Shown piece after piece: positions 15,289 to 29,200 of a stretch of 64,000 nucleotides of DNA. Source of the stretch: the human T2T-CHM13v2.0 reference genome, Homo sapiens. The DNA is taken from contig CP068257.2 of the NCBI GenBank assembly GCA_009914755.4, forward strand, positions 19,776,001 through 19,840,000, written 5' to 3'. Each line of letters starts with the position of its first letter. Position 1 is the first letter of the stretch. Position numbers and translations under genes: made by a program. A model generated the notes under the pieces. That model saw nothing but the letters and a program-made list of their open reading frames with translations. It did not search any database and had not been told where the DNA came from.

Positions 15289-15355
15289 ATGTACGTATGT
15301 AACTAACCTGCACGTTGTGTACATGTACCCTAAAATTTAAAGTATAATAAAAAAA
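15289..15355 (+). mobile_element. Short L1 3'-tip fragment.
   Basis: aaatgtacgtatgtaactaacctgcacgttgtgtacatgtaccctaaaatttaaagtataataaaaaaaa matches the last ~65 bp of the L1PA 3'UTR. Confidence 0.85.
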
Positions 15356-16019
15356 AGTGACACAACTGCCAATTTCCAAATTTCTCCAAATATCTAAAAT
15401 ATATAAATTTAAACTCAAACACTCTAATGTTCACTCTTCAAAATTTTTTTCTGGCTCATAATAGCTCTAAATTGAATGTTTGAATGGTTCATTGTGTTAT
15501 ATTTGATTTGCTTATGACCCATTGTTGAAATGCCCAGTACTAAAGATAAGTGAATCTGGGTGTCCGTGAGTTGTGAGAAGAGTCAAGACATACTCATATT
15601 TGGAGGAAATAATTTCCATTGATATCTTGGTAGTGAATGAACACTGCTATGGAGAATATTAGAGGTAAAAATGGGAAAACCAAGGTCAGATCTCTGGACA
15701 ACTTCAGTTTAATTCATGGATGTATAAGAACAAAAAAAAAATGAAAGAAATTTTTCAGGGAGATAGTGTATCTATTTTGAAGGATAAATGTAAATATAAT
15801 TGGTCAAATATTGTGAAAAAGTCTAAATAATAATTTGGATTTGGCAATTGGTAAAAACTAGGTGAGTAGTGAAATGAGAAGGAATTTACAGCATTTCAGA
15901 TGTATTGCAGGTTGGCTATATAATATTAGATTAAGCTCACAATGTTTCTTGCTCTATTCTGGATGCTATAGCAAAATATATTAGACTCTGTAATGTATTA
16001 CCAACATAAATATATTGCT

Positions 16020-16310
16020 TACAGTTCTAGGGGCTGGGAAATTCAAGATCAAGGCACCATCAGATTTGGTTTTTGGTGTAGGTCCAATAACCAAATTGTT
16101 TTTATAGATGGTGCCTTCTGTGTGTCCTTATATGGTGAAAGGGGCAAACATACTTCATTCAGCCTCTTTTATGGAGGCACTAATCTTATTCTCGAGGGTG
16201 GATGTCTCATGACTTTATCACATCCCAAAAGACCCCACCTCTTAATAATATATTCAACATATAAAATGTGGAGGGAAACCAGCATTCAAACCACAGCATG
16301 ATCGAAACAA
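16020..16310 (+). mobile_element. Ancient MaLR-type LTR (MLT1-like), about 290 bp.
   Basis: ttacagttctaggggctgggaaattcaagatcaaggcaccatcagatttggtttttggtg...gtgccttctgtgtgtccttatatggtgaaagggg...ttcattcagcctcttttatggaggcactaatcttattc.cgagggtggatgtctcatgactttatcacatcccaaaagaccccacctcttaataatatattcaacatataaaatgtggagggaaaccagcattcaaaccacagca. The ORF 15993..16301 (102 aa) is a translation of this LTR, not a gene. Confidence 0.6.
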
Positions 16311-17559
16311 GAAAAATGTATATAAAACCTTATAGAAGTAAGGTAGCCACTCAAAACAGAAATAGATAGAACCTATCTCAGCATAGAAGTCCTTGAGTTG
16401 TAAGCAATTATGGTGACACTGCATGTAACAGTGTTACTGGATCTAGGAAATTCAGTTACTTATGTTCCAATTCTTTTAGTATTTGAGACTTTTACCAGAT
16501 AGAAATTGATGAGGAAATCAAGCAGAAACTGATTTATGATAAAGAACAAGCTGGTTATGAAATCACTGGAAAGGCAGAGAAAAGACCAAAGACAGCCACC
16601 AATATTCTACCTTCAAGGTCACAAAATAGCATAAGCGTGGTCCACATGTGAAGTCTGCAATGACTAACTAGAGGTCAGGAAGCCCTCCTGCCAAGTTACC
16701 CCTCAGCTAATAATCACAGCCACACCACTCCTGAAACTGGATGAATAGGCTGTGGAATGGGGAGTTCGGATGCTACTCTCATTCATATCTGCAGAGCCTC
16801 TTGTCCATGCGCACCTCCTGAGAAAAGTGGGACTGACATTCACACCCCTCCAGCATTCTAAACTGTATACATGTACCTTTCATTCTAGGTTCACTACATG
16901 AAACTTAGAACCATAGCAGCAAGTCAGTCTAGGAAATGAAGATTTTAGCCTGCAATTTCTTATGATAAACAGGAGTGTCTTAAATCGTATAATTTGACTC
17001 TGAGTGTTAATAGAAAAATATCTAGGATAGGGTTTAAAACACCATTCTGAAATAATATTCATGCTAGCACTTCCTTTTAAAAGAGAGTTTACAAAAATCA
17101 AACTCTTCAGATTCCTGGATCTAAGTTTAGCAACACCACAGCCTCATATGTGTAAAAAGAGCACAGTTAGTGTCTATGAACTATGCGTGCTGGGAGAGCA
17201 AATTCTCAGAAATAAAGATGTTGGGGCAGAAATTAGAAATAATCTATTGAAACAGAGTAACAAAGAACAAAAGAAGAGTATGTTTCCTGAGAAGAGAGTG
17301 GGATTGAAAACAAAAAAAAGAGATCTTTATAATTCACAGTAATAAGACTGAGAAGAAAGAATAAAATTCCAAAGAAGAAGAAACAGGAAAAGAGCTATCT
17401 GATAAAGAAAAATTTTGGAGAAGACAAAAGGAAAAGACATGTCATTCAGAGATGAAGGGTTTAGTCTTGGAAAATAAGAAGATAGAGTTCCATTATCAGT
17501 TAATCAAGACGTGATAGCTGTCCAAGACATTGGTTACATTGAAGCATTACTCACAATAG

Positions 17560-17745
17560 CCAAGATAGCCAAGATATAAAGATGTACAGCATGATCTCAC
17601 TTATATGTGGAATTCTAAAACAGTGAAAGTCATAGAAACAGAGAAAAGTGGTAGTTGCCAGGGGCTGGGGAGTGGGAGAAATGGGAAGATGTTGGACAAA
17701 GATTAAAAAGTTTCAGTTATGCAAGATGAATAGCTTCTGGGAGTT
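17560..17745 (+). mobile_element. L1M-type 3'-end fragment.
   Basis: tacagcatgatctcacttatatgtggaattctaaaacagtgaaagtcatagaaacagagaaaagtggtagttgccaggggctggggagtgggagaaatgggaagatgttggacaaagattaaaaagtttcagttatgcaagatgaatag is the old L1 ORF2-end/3'UTR motif. The same motif recurs at 49705-49890. Confidence 0.75.
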
Positions 17746-20105
17746 TAATAAACACAAGTTCATTCAGTGACTCCAGAGATTGTATCCATCTGACTCCTAG
17801 GTCATGGCACCAACTCCTTGCCATTACACACCTCAAAAAATTCTGAGCTGAACATCGATATTGTATCCATTACCTGCCATTTGACTAAAACATTGATACA
17901 TGTCAATGGATACAAAAGTATGTAATAGAAGGAGGCTGATGATCAGGGAGGGATAGAAAAATTACAATGACTGACATTTGCTAAGAGTTTTAACGTATTC
18001 TAGGGTTTAAGTGCTCAACATTACTTGATATTTCCAACAACACTCGCCGTCGTACTATTCTAATCTCCATTTGAGAGAGAAAACTACTGCGATGTGAAAA
18101 GATTAAGTGCTGTAGTTGACAAAAGTGGCAAGGCCAGGTCTTGAATCCATGGACTCTCATGACATATCCAGTCTCTTAATCCAGCACTTTGCCAGCACTG
18201 TTAGAGGTGAAGAGAAAGGGTAATTAAACAAATAAGTATTTGCACAATTGCTTTTCTATTCATTTATTCATTCATTGAGTGGTGAATGGTATTCATCAAT
18301 TTTTGGGATATAAGACACTAGAAAATAGTTTAGAAAAATATGGTAACAATGAAGGAATAATAGTGTGTAAAACTGAGCATCCGATATGAGCCTCAGTTGA
18401 AATATTGGGCTGTGTCTGAAAGTCTTTTAGAGTAGACCAGTATCTTTGCATACACCCAGTGCATTAGATAATCCAGGATCCTGAACATGAGGCTGAAAAG
18501 ATCGAGACTAATGTTGTAATGAAAATGAAGCTCCTGAATACCATTGCAGGGAAGTGATGTGATCAGAGTGGTTCTTTACAAAGATTGATTTTGCATTTGC
18601 ATGCCTCGTGCATTGATGTTTTTGTTAGACATCCAATAGAAAAGGAAGCCAAGAGCCACTAATGGCATCACAGGAAAAGTCAGATAGGGCCAGGGCTTGG
18701 GAGGTAACAGAGGAAATGGGAAGGAAGAAATAGATACAAGAATTATAATGCAGGAATTATTAAAATAGTGTTTTGACTGATTGTGATGTATAAGATAGAT
18801 AGGAATCAAGGGTGAAGACAATTACAGATTACAGAAAAATCCAGAAAGTGAAGAGAAGAATTAGAGATGTTGATTCTAGGCACATCTGACACTATTCACT
18901 TAGATATGTTCTGTATCTTTGTATATAATTTTTCATTACTGAAATATTTAATTCATCAAGTATTTCCTGAGAACTTACTATATTCCAGTCACTTTGTTCT
19001 ATGTTACATGTATCTATCTGTATGCATGTATAAATACATGTGTGCGAATGTGTGTTTGTAAAGTGTTTTATCTCTTTCCTCAAGAAACTTACAATTTAGT
19101 AGTCAGTTGACAGTTGGACTTATAAAACCAAAATGTAAAAAATATTTAGAAAGAGAATGAAAGTCATAAGCATGCTTTTGCTTTAAAAGAAGTAATAGAA
19201 ATAAGAGGCCAGTGGAAAATAATATGAAAAAAAGGCTACAGTAAGTGTCAGCAGATCTGAAAACGGACTATATAACTAGAAGAGACTAGGCACTGGCCCA
19301 TGTTTTGATGATGGTGGCTTTGTGCTGAAAGAAAAAACAAAGGCTCTTCTTTCTCTGCAGGTGCACCATGTCAGGGTGCACAGTTGGTGAATGGTGCAAC
19401 CTCTGCAGTCAGAGTAAAAACAAACAATCATGTTTATACCATATATTCAAAGATGGAAGCCCAAGAGGATAGATAATATCTCCCTCTCATCCCCCAGAAT
19501 ATACTACCTTCACTTTTGACACATGTCCCCAAACTGGAGTGTAATGCCTATGACATCCAACTTAGACCTAATGTACATTAGGGAGTCAGCCACTCAGCAC
19601 AGATTGAAGAATTGGCATTTTTTAAGGGGATCCGTGTGCATTTGTTTGCCTTTCTCCTATACTTTGGATCAAACTTATAAGTAAATTTTGGATCAAACCT
19701 ACAGCTGAAAAGACATGCAGATTAACCTGGAGATTAAGGAAACATGAAAATTATTAGAATATTTGAAGGCCAAAACATTATTTAGATATCTTAAAATTTG
19801 TATTTCCAGATATGATTTTAATAGTTCTAAGACTTTTGGATGCATCAGAATTCTACACGTGTGTTTGAACCTTAGAGTTGTAACATCATGTACTTCATAG
19901 GCTCTCTAAATAATTCACAGTTTCTAATTAGAGTTGAAATATACACTGTGGCATTTCTTTACAGTATTCACATGTGAAAGGCCGTAAAGCTGTGCTCCTG
20001 GCTCTTGCTCAGTACTATTTATAAGGCATATTTTTATATGACCTACAGTGACCTTTTTTAACTCTAGCAAAAAGAGTACATTTGACTTTTGACTGCCATA
20101 TGAGA

Positions 20106-20412
20106 TTTTTTATTTGTATTTATTTATTTTTGAGATAGAGTCTCTCTCTGTTGCCCAGGCTGGATTTGCAGGGACATGATCTCAACTCACTGCAACTTCT
20201 ACCTCCTGGGTTCAACCAATTCTCCTGCTTCAGCCTCCCAAGCAGCTGGAATCACAGGCACACTCCACTACACCCGGCTGTTTTTTTTATTTTTGTGGAA
20301 ACAGGGTTTCACCATGTTGACCAGGCTGGTCTCAAACTCCTGACCTCAAGTAATCCGCCCACCTCAGCTTCCAAAGTGCAGTGATTACAGTTGTAAGCCA
20401 TCATGCCCAGCC
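20106..20412 (-). mobile_element. Alu, antisense orientation.
   Basis: It runs from tttgagatagagtctctctctgttgcccaggctggatttgcagg to gtgcagtgattacagttgtaagccatcatgcccagcc. The ORF 20151..20384 is an artefact. Confidence 0.93.
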
Positions 20413-20469
20413 CCAATTTTATGTAAATGACTGATATAAGAATTGAAATTCACATGTACTGCATATTTA

Positions 20470-21200
20470 TCAGTCAAGTTTATATATATTAGCCCATTCT
20501 CACACTGCTATGAAGAAATATCTGAGACTGGATAATTTATAAAGGACAGAAATTTAATTGACTCACAGTTCTGCATTCCTGGGGAGGCCTCAGGAAACTT
20601 ACAATTATGCTGAAAGGCAAAGGAGAAGCAGGCACCTTCACAGGGCGGCAGAACAGAGTGAGTGCCAGCAGGGGAAATGCCAGACCTTTATAAAAACGGG
20701 AAGAGCCAGACCATTTATAAAACAATCTTATCTCATGAGACTTATTCATTATCATGAGAACAGCATGGAGAAACCGCCCCCATGATTCAGTTACCTCCAC
20801 TTGGTTCCACCCTTGACACATGGGGATTATGGGAATTAAAAATCAAGGTGAGGCCAGGCACTGTGGCTCACTCCTGTAATCCCAGCACTTTGGGAGGCCA
20901 AGGTGGGCAGATCACGAGGTTAAAAGATTGAGACCATCCTGGCCAACATGGTGAAACCCTATCTCTACTAAAAATACAAAAATTAGCTGGGCGTGGTGGT
21001 GCGCACCTGTAGTCCCAGCTACTCTGGAGGCTGAAGCAGGAGAATGGCATGAACCCAGGGGAGGCTGAGGTTGCAGTGAGCTGAGATCACGCCACTGCAC
21101 TCCAGCCTGGCCAGAAAACGAAACTCCGTCTCAAAAAAAAAAAAAAAAAAAAAAAAATTCAAGGTGAGATTTGTGTGGGGACACAGAGCCAAACCATATA
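20470..21200 (-). mobile_element. THE1-type MaLR solo LTR (about 420 bp), split by the Alu at 20853-21157.
   Basis: The minus strand reads tatattatatggtttggctctgtgtccccacacaaatctcaccttgaa[Alu]...aattcccataatccccatgtgtcaagggtggaaccaagtggaggtaactgaatcatgggggcggtttctccatgctgttctcatgataatgaataagtctcatgagat...ctgaggcctccccaggaatgcagaactgtgagtcaattaaatttctgtcctttataaattatccagtctcagatatttcttcatagcagtgtgagaatgggct. This matches the THE1 consensus (TGATATGGTTTGGCTGTGTCCCCACCCAAATCTCATCTTGAATT...TTAGCAGCGTGAGAACGGACTAATACA). The ORFs 20537..20821 and 20558..20785 are artefacts. Confidence 0.85.
20853..21157 (+). mobile_element. Alu (+) inserted into the THE1 LTR, with target-site duplication tcaaggtgag.
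   Basis: It runs from ggccaggcactgtggctcactcctgtaatccc to gaaaacgaaactccgtctc(a)25. The direct repeat tcaaggtgag lies at 20843-20852 and 21159-21168. Confidence 0.95.
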
Positions 21201-21245
21201 ATATATGTTTGTGTGTGTGTGTGTGTGTGTGTATACATATATATA
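21200..21245. repeat. (GT)n followed by (TA)n microsatellite.
   Basis: atgtttgtgtgtgtgtgtgtgtgtgtgtatacatatatatatat. Confidence 0.9.
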
Positions 21246-22193
21246 TATTCCCTCTCTGAAAAAAAATTATTTTTTTATCCAAAGTTTAAGATTATTTCAG
21301 ATGTGATAGGAACAAAAGAGGAAGAGATTCATAGAGAAATTAATGTTAATGTGTCTCTAAATCTTGATGTTTCTGGAGTAGAGTTTTCAAAAATCCCTCA
21401 CTGGGATTTTTTTTTTTTCTAGTTCTGCGTGCTCTGCCTTTGAGATAATTCTTCCGAAATAATTTTTTATATTAGACACTAAATTAAATGTCCACCTAAG
21501 ATACCTTATTGAACTTGAAATAATTTAAGTAGTGGATGGATTAAAATAAAACACACAAGAAGAATTTTATAGCTATTTTGAAAATATGGGAATAGTATTT
21601 TAATATCTCAACTAAAGGTTTAATTTAATTGGATAATATATAAATGAAATTAGACCTAATAGTTTACAGTCTTATTTAGTTCATAATACTGACATTTTTC
21701 TCAAAACTTAGCACTTACCTACAATTTAGGAATATAATTGTGGTGAATGCAAAGAAAATACATTTTGTATTTTCACAAGGCACCATTATTTATGGTGATG
21801 GTTGAATAATTGATTTATGTATTCTAACGTTTTAACTACCCTCTTTATCTCTCTTTTATTTTTTTTTCTTAAACACACACGAGATTGTTTTCCTGGACCT
21901 CAATAAAATGTTTATATCGTATAGAAAATGCAGAAGTAACATATTCCCTCAATAATTAAAGTGTGATTTTAATTTTACTGTCTATTTTCTGAGGTAATAA
22001 AAGTTGACTCATGTATACTTTCTTGTAATTTCAAAAGAACATTCAGGTGTTTCAGGAAGTTCTGTAACTCGAACATATTAAGTGATACAGGTAGCAGTTT
22101 TCCTTCACTCCTAGTTCTCATAACACCATAAGCCTTAATAATGGCCATTCCCATTCCCTTGGTTATGTTTTCTTTATATTTCTTTGTCCATAG

Positions 22194-22367
22194 ACGTGCC
22201 ATCCAGTCCCTATGGAGTGAAGATCATAGAGCTGTCGCAGACCACGGCCAAGGTTTCCTTCAACAAACCGGACTCCCATGGAGGTGTACCTATTCATCAC
22301 TATCAGGTGGATGTCAAAGAAGTAGCGTCAGAAATCTGGAAAATTGTACGCTCCCATGGAGTTCAAA
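22194..22367 (+). CDS. NCAM2: NCAM2 coding exon, first half of fibronectin type-III domain 1: (D)[57 protein letters not shown] plus 1 nt. Phase 1 in and out.
   Basis: Acceptor tttctttgtccatAG ends at 22193 and donor GTGAGT is at 22368-22373. It lies in the ORF-track frame 22184..22399. It is homologous to NCAM1 DTPSSPSIDQVEPYSSTAQVQFDEPEATGGVPILKYKAEW. The conserved FN3 Trp is at EIWKIV. Confidence 0.9.
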
Positions 22368-23543
22368 GTGAGTCAACAATTTCAAAATGTGTTGGTTAAT
22401 TCAAGCTGATCTTCAGTATACCTGTATGATTGGCTTTTTTGGTTTCCTCCAACATTTTCTTTTCTTTTAATAAAATGGTGTTGGGAAGATATTTTCTGTG
22501 CCCCATTCTTCTTGATAATAACTCGAATACAGAGTGAATAGTTTCCATCTTCAGTAAAAATGAAAGAGCTTAGTAGAATCAGCAGAGTTCAATTCTGGAG
22601 GAAGAAGTCACTTTAAAAAAATTCGTTGGTGGAAAGGCAATTGCTCACATACTAGATATGATGGCTGGATTTTATGAAATGTATGCTCATGTTTCATTTA
22701 TTAATATTTCTCTCAAGAATAGGTGTGAAAATGATACTGCAAAATGTAGTTACCTTCTATACTTATGAAGCCATCTCTAAAAATCTGTAGAATTTTATAT
22801 ATTTGTTTACTTTTTGTATTTTTATATTTTTTTACTTTTATATTTCTATTAAAAATCAAAATAATTTACAGAGCTTCTTTTCACTTACGTAAAATTTCAT
22901 CGTCTTATGAAAATGTAGTTTGTTTTCTCATTAGGAGGAGACAAAACTAAAGCAGGAAATAATAAGAATTACCAGCGTTGGCCTCTGTTGTTTAAGACAC
23001 AGAACCATACTGAGTGTTCCAAAAGGGAAGCATAAAATAGTGAGGAAATTAATGTTCCATAGGTCTGTTCTATGAGGATCCTACCTTGACCCTAACACAT
23101 ATGGTGTAGGGGTTCAGTAAAAAGCAAGAGCCTTCCTGAGAAAGAAAGAGGGAACCAATTCTAGTGAACATAGAGAGAAAGCAAATGAAATCATCCTGGT
23201 CTCATCTGTGTTGACCCTACTTTATCAGTTTGCACTGAGCATAACTATGGGTTTTTGATAGAAGTATCAGAAACATTAATCAGTCATCTATCATGTACCA
23301 TATACTTCAAATAATGTTCTCAAACTGATGAGCTCATATTATTTATTTTAATTATGAAATACTTGGATTATATTATCTGTGCACATTGTGTGGTTTAGGA
23401 GAGATTTATAAAGACAGTGCCCCCCAAAAACAATGAGTGAGACGAAGGACTATAGTTTTTTTTTAAAAAATTATTAACCTGGATGCAGGAATATTGTGCT
23501 ACTTTAAATTTTGTTTTGTTTTATTTTATTAAAAGAGAGAAAG

Positions 23544-23935
<392 letters not shown>

Positions 23936-26836
23936 CTAAACTGCATAAAACTCAGTGTTTGTGCTCAAGCACAAGCACACAGAAAATTAATATTAAGTCT
24001 GAATATTATAGAAATTGAACACGGCACAAAAGTGCTGCTGCACCCTAGCCCTGCCAAACCCAGGAAAAGGTTAATAGGCTCCCTCCAGACTTCTTGCAAA
24101 GGTGCAGCACGATGGAGAATTTATAGTGCCCTTGATCTGGCCAAGTTGATCAAGGTAAAAATCCTGACATTTTATCTCACCTGTCCATCTGTCAGAGGCA
24201 GATCACTATGTTTATAAAACTGAAATATAATAACAAAGCACATTCGTTACTTTGAAATGAGAAATAACTGTCACAGAAATTAGAACATTCAGAGTCTATA
24301 TAAGTACATACTTTACCTGTTGGTATATTATGAAGATACAAAATGAGAGTCAGAAACTTGTTTGGTGAGTCTAGAATATGAACTAGGGAAGCTGCGTGCA
24401 TAGAATGTTTAGTGGCCTCAGACTGGGACAGTTAAAAGCTTGCGAATGAGAATAAAATACTCAAAAGTCTTGTGGCTAGGGATTTCTCACTTTGATTTGA
24501 GGAAAATGACAGCATTAGTACTTTTTTCTGTTTCCATTGTTGATTCATCTTCCATAGGTATGTTAATGAGTACCTTAAAATCAAGTTACAGTTATGTAAT
24601 CAAACCACTGTATGATCTCAACTCAGTGCAGTATAAACATGAATTTTAAATTTGACTACTACATTAAGCTCTTCTTTTTGATTCTCCCTTTCAGTTATTT
24701 AATAATATATTTGGCAGACACTGTAGATATATTATCATCTTCCAGTATTAGAAAAAAAAAGTTCAATATTGTTGGTATAGTGGTGAGCATCGCTGCCTTC
24801 CAGAATAAACAGTTCAGCCATGCACAGTTTAAAACTTATAATAATGTTTAATTTTGCATTCACATTGTCTCTGGCCTCCATGAAAGATAAACCTCAACCT
24901 GGGGAGCTTAATGGTGAAATGAACTGCATCTTGTCTTGGGAAGGTGAAAGAGATCAAATACCTCATGTTTCTGGTGCTGTTGACCTCATTGGGCTGTCGC
25001 TGTCACCTGCCCTCTGTGGGACAGGCATCTAAGTACCTGCCCCTTGGGGATGTGTGACTGGAGTGCAAGCACACCAGAAGGAGATAGAATATTTCATTTT
25101 TGGAGATAGAATATTCCTTTTTGGAGACAGAATATTCATCATGGGGTGCTGCTTAGCTTGAGCTCTTTATACCTTTCCTCACCCTTTACTTCAGCAGGAT
25201 TTCTTTTAAGTGTGAATGTCACCCACTAACATTATGCAATTTCCACTTGACCAAGAGAAATGCTCCACATTCTCACTTAGCTAAGATGTAAGAAACTGCA
25301 TTTCTTTGCAGCTGATCTCTTTCTCATTTTCTTTCTCCTCATTTTAAAGAGACATAGTAGATCAATCCTCTGTAAAAGCAGAAGTCCAAATTTCCAAATT
25401 GCGATGCAAATATCATATCTCTCCTCTCATCTCTTGTGCCAAACAATTCAGTGGGTTCTGTTCACCTCTTGGACTTACCTTCACTTACTGGGAGGGAAGC
25501 ATCACTGCGCTTTCTTCTGGGTGGAAGACTTACTAGTTTCATCAGTGGATTTTTTCCTCCGCCTAGTTTTCTGCTTACATTGCGGGGAGTGGGAAGGACA
25601 GGGGGCATGGGAGTTAATTCTCAAGGCTTGGGTTGCAAACCCAGTTTAACATCTTCTTCTTTAACTCTGCAGGAGGTGCCTGACCTCTTCTCAAATCTTA
25701 GGTATTTAATGTTTTTTTCTTCTCTCTATGAATTGTCTCAGTTGAAAATTACAGCACTACAGAAACATGCCCGCTACATGTTTCCATACAGTTTCTTATG
25801 GCTGTGCTGGTACTATTCTTTCTACTTGAGATTAAGAGTACCTGTGTAATGGGATTTATTTATTGCTGCATTTACACTTTATATCTCAAATGGTGATGTG
25901 ATCTCACTTTATATATAAAATCATGTTTTGGGGAAAACCAAGTTTTTAAGGATTTCTTAGTGTAGACTCCATATTTGTATAGCAGGCATGAATGTAAATA
26001 TGTAACTGTAAGATCAATATAAATGCAATGAGTACCCAGGGAAAGAAGCTGAGTAATTCCATTGGGACCACCCCTAACGTTGTAAGATATGTGTGTCTGG
26101 CACTTATTCTTTCTTTAGCCAAGAGATGTATTATTTTGTAAAGACATAGTAAAGATATTCATCAGAATAACATGATTTTTGCTGACAGAAATATGAAATG
26201 TGATGTTAATAGTCATAATTATATTTACTGTAAATTGACAGGAATGATTTGATTATTGAAACATATGACATAGTTTTGACTGAAACGTTCTACTTTAACC
26301 AAACATACTTTCATTTTGTTTCTGTGATTTCAATGAGTCACTATGTCCTTTAAAGTAGCATTTCCACCTTACTCACATTTTCCCATCTGACTGACTTAGG
26401 TCCTTTTAATACTTCCCAGAATTATTGTTTTACCCTGAACCACTTACAACATACTTTCACAATCAGTCCTTGAAAGTGCTCTCACAGTAAAATTCCCTCT
26501 TCCTCCAGAATGAGTGACTGCCAAGTGGCACTGTATTTCAGATGTTATATTGTATTGTGCATATTTTAATATATAACATATTATATTTTATGGTACTTCT
26601 CTTACATTATAACTCTGAAGGATTTTTTCTCCTAGTTTATAAACTCCATGAGTGGACCTCGTATGCCTTGTTTATGTCATTGTTTCAAGTACCAAAAGCA
26701 TATTAGGGTAGAGGGAATACTGAAATTTGGTGGAGGTAGGAGAATGGAAAGGATTATTTTATAGCACCTCTGACTGGGTCTTAAGTGAATCCATTATACA
26801 TCCCCTTCCAATAAGTATGTGTCTACAGAAGCAACT

Positions 26837-27162
<326 letters not shown>

Positions 27163-27540
27163 TAAATGGAAACTAAGGTTCAAAGTGTTTATGAGAGATT
27201 AACACACTTTTGAAAAGAGTGAAGATGAAGCAGAATTCAGCCAATGGAGTGAGCTACAGTTCAGGCTCCAGTGGTATGCCGGGAGTTGTCGTTGTTGTTG
27301 TTATTGTTGTTTTTAAGGTACACAACTCTGCACTGCATATAACATTACCTTGATCAAGAAACCAGAAGACTTTACTGTAATTCTTCCACTGGGGCATGCC
27401 AGAAATTCCACACAACATTTCTTCCAACCTCTATTGTATTGACGAATATCAGCCTCACCAGATCGATCATGTGAGCAATTTATACTATGTGAGCAATTCA
27501 ATGGTTATGAATTTTCAAAGAAGTATTTATCCAATCCCCC

Positions 27541-27578
27541 ACCAAGATTCTGTGTGTGTGTGTGTGTGTGTGTGTGTT
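27541..27578. repeat. (TG)n microsatellite; a (GTT)n tract at 27286-27310 lies nearby.
   Basis: ctgtgtgtgtgtgtgtgtgtgtgtgtgtttc. Confidence 0.9.
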
Positions 27579-28876
27579 TCTAGCACACCCTTTTATTTCA
27601 TTCTAAGGATATTAACGGTCCCGGTTTATGCAGGGATCCCCACTTCATCTCCCCATTTTGAATCTTTTTTTAACCCACTGAGGCCATTCAAAACCAATCT
27701 TGTACATCAGAGACCCATGCAAAAGCTCTGAGAATCTGAGTACCAGAAAACTGCCACAATTTATAGAAAAAACAATTATATGGCTGCTCCTCTAGCTCCT
27801 GGTCTTTCCACACACTTCATTTTTGATGTTTCAGAGTTTGCTTTCCTTTTCTGTGAGATAATCAGTGGATTTGAAAAGATTTTCGAAAATGATATGCATA
27901 ATTTCTAGGTGTACTTAGAAGGCTTGTTTTTCTGGCTATCTAGGAGAAGATATTGTTGAAAATTAGAATACATATTTAAAGCACATATTATATATATATA
28001 TATTTGAATACTAAGGAAAAGCTTGTTTGTGCCTTCGTTTTGTAAATCACAGGTTGTGTTAATCATATATCTTAAAGTTTAAGAATTCTATGTAAGCACA
28101 ATTATACTCATTCTCTGAAGCATTTGTTAGAAGATAGATTTAGGTTTATCTCTGAAAATGCAGGTACATATGGTCTCAACATTTCAGCTATCTTTTCCCT
28201 CTGAGCAGCTTTATTTATTCTAATTTATGTGAGTTTAATGTTTAGTTACTTTTCCTTGGTAGTAAATATATATGATTTTGAATACACTTATTGATGTGTC
28301 CAATTCTAATTGCTGATGTCACCACCCAGAAGTAATTATCAGCTCTTGGTGGACTGCAATGCTATTTAAGATGAATATTGTAGCATAAATACTGTCCTGT
28401 TAGTAGATTCTAATCTTAAATAAATCATTAACAAATTCTTATTAATTTTACCTTCTCACTGTGCACCTGGTCCTAGGTTTAAGGTACAATGGAAGCCAGG
28501 CCTATTATTATATTCTTTTTGAAGGTTTAGCTGAAGCCGTACTAATTATCCCAACCAATGATGTGACATGAAACTAATTTTCAAACTGTAAGGAATTGTG
28601 AACCAGTCACATATCAACAACTCGAACTATAGAGATATAGAATGTGAGTCAGTGTGACTCTTCATTTTGAGTGAGAAACATGTATCACAGCTGTAGCAAG
28701 ACTTTTTGGTTGGGGAAGCTACAGGATGTATTCATTGCCAAATCATATAATATTTTGTGGGTTTCATACACCTCACTGGCCACTTAATGAAGAGAAAATA
28801 CTAATCTTACAAACAGCTACTCTTTTTTTTTCAGTTTTCTTAATACAAATGACAATATCAATATTTTAAAATGTTA

Positions 28877-29190
28877 GGCCAGGCATGGTGGCTCACGCTT
28901 GTGAAACCAACATTTTGGGAAGGTACGGAGGGAGAATTGTTCAAAGCCGGGAGTTCAGGGTCAGTCTGGGCAACAAAGCAAGACCCCGTCTCTCTAAAAA
29001 AATTGTTTTTTATTAGTTGGGTGTGAAGGAATGGGCCAGTAGTCTCAGCTACTCAGGAGGCTGAGGCAGAAGAATCACTTGAGCCCAAGAGTTTAAGGCT
29101 GCAGAGAACTATGACTGTGCCACTGAACTCCAACCTGGGCAACACAACAAGATACTGTCTCTAAAAAAATAAATAAATAAAAATAAGTAA
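28877..29190 (+). mobile_element. Older, divergent Alu (AluJ-like), + orientation.
   Basis: ggccaggcatggtggctcacgcttgtgaaaccaacattttgggaaggtacggagggagaattgttcaaagccgggagttcagggtcagtctgggcaacaaagcaagaccccgtctct...ctgggcaacacaacaagatactgtctctaaaaaaataaataaataaaaataa. Confidence 0.9.
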
Positions 29191-29200
29191 GTACTTCCTT

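Noticed and set aside
15993-16301. 102-aa ORF (MYYQHKYIAYSSRGWEIQDQGTIRFGFWCRSNN...)
   Set aside because: It lies entirely within an ancient MaLR-type LTR copy. The same family's translation appears wherever the LTR occurs (2177-2465 and 46700-47080 give similar peptides).
25404-25849. 137-aa and 81-aa + strand ORFs (MPNNSVGSVHLLDLPSLTGREASLRF...) in unique intronic sequence
   Set aside because: No recognisable domain, no splice-site context linking them to NCAM2, out of frame with neighbouring exons, and proline/serine/leucine-rich as expected for random GC-moderate sequence. An ORF of this length occurs by chance within 64 kb.
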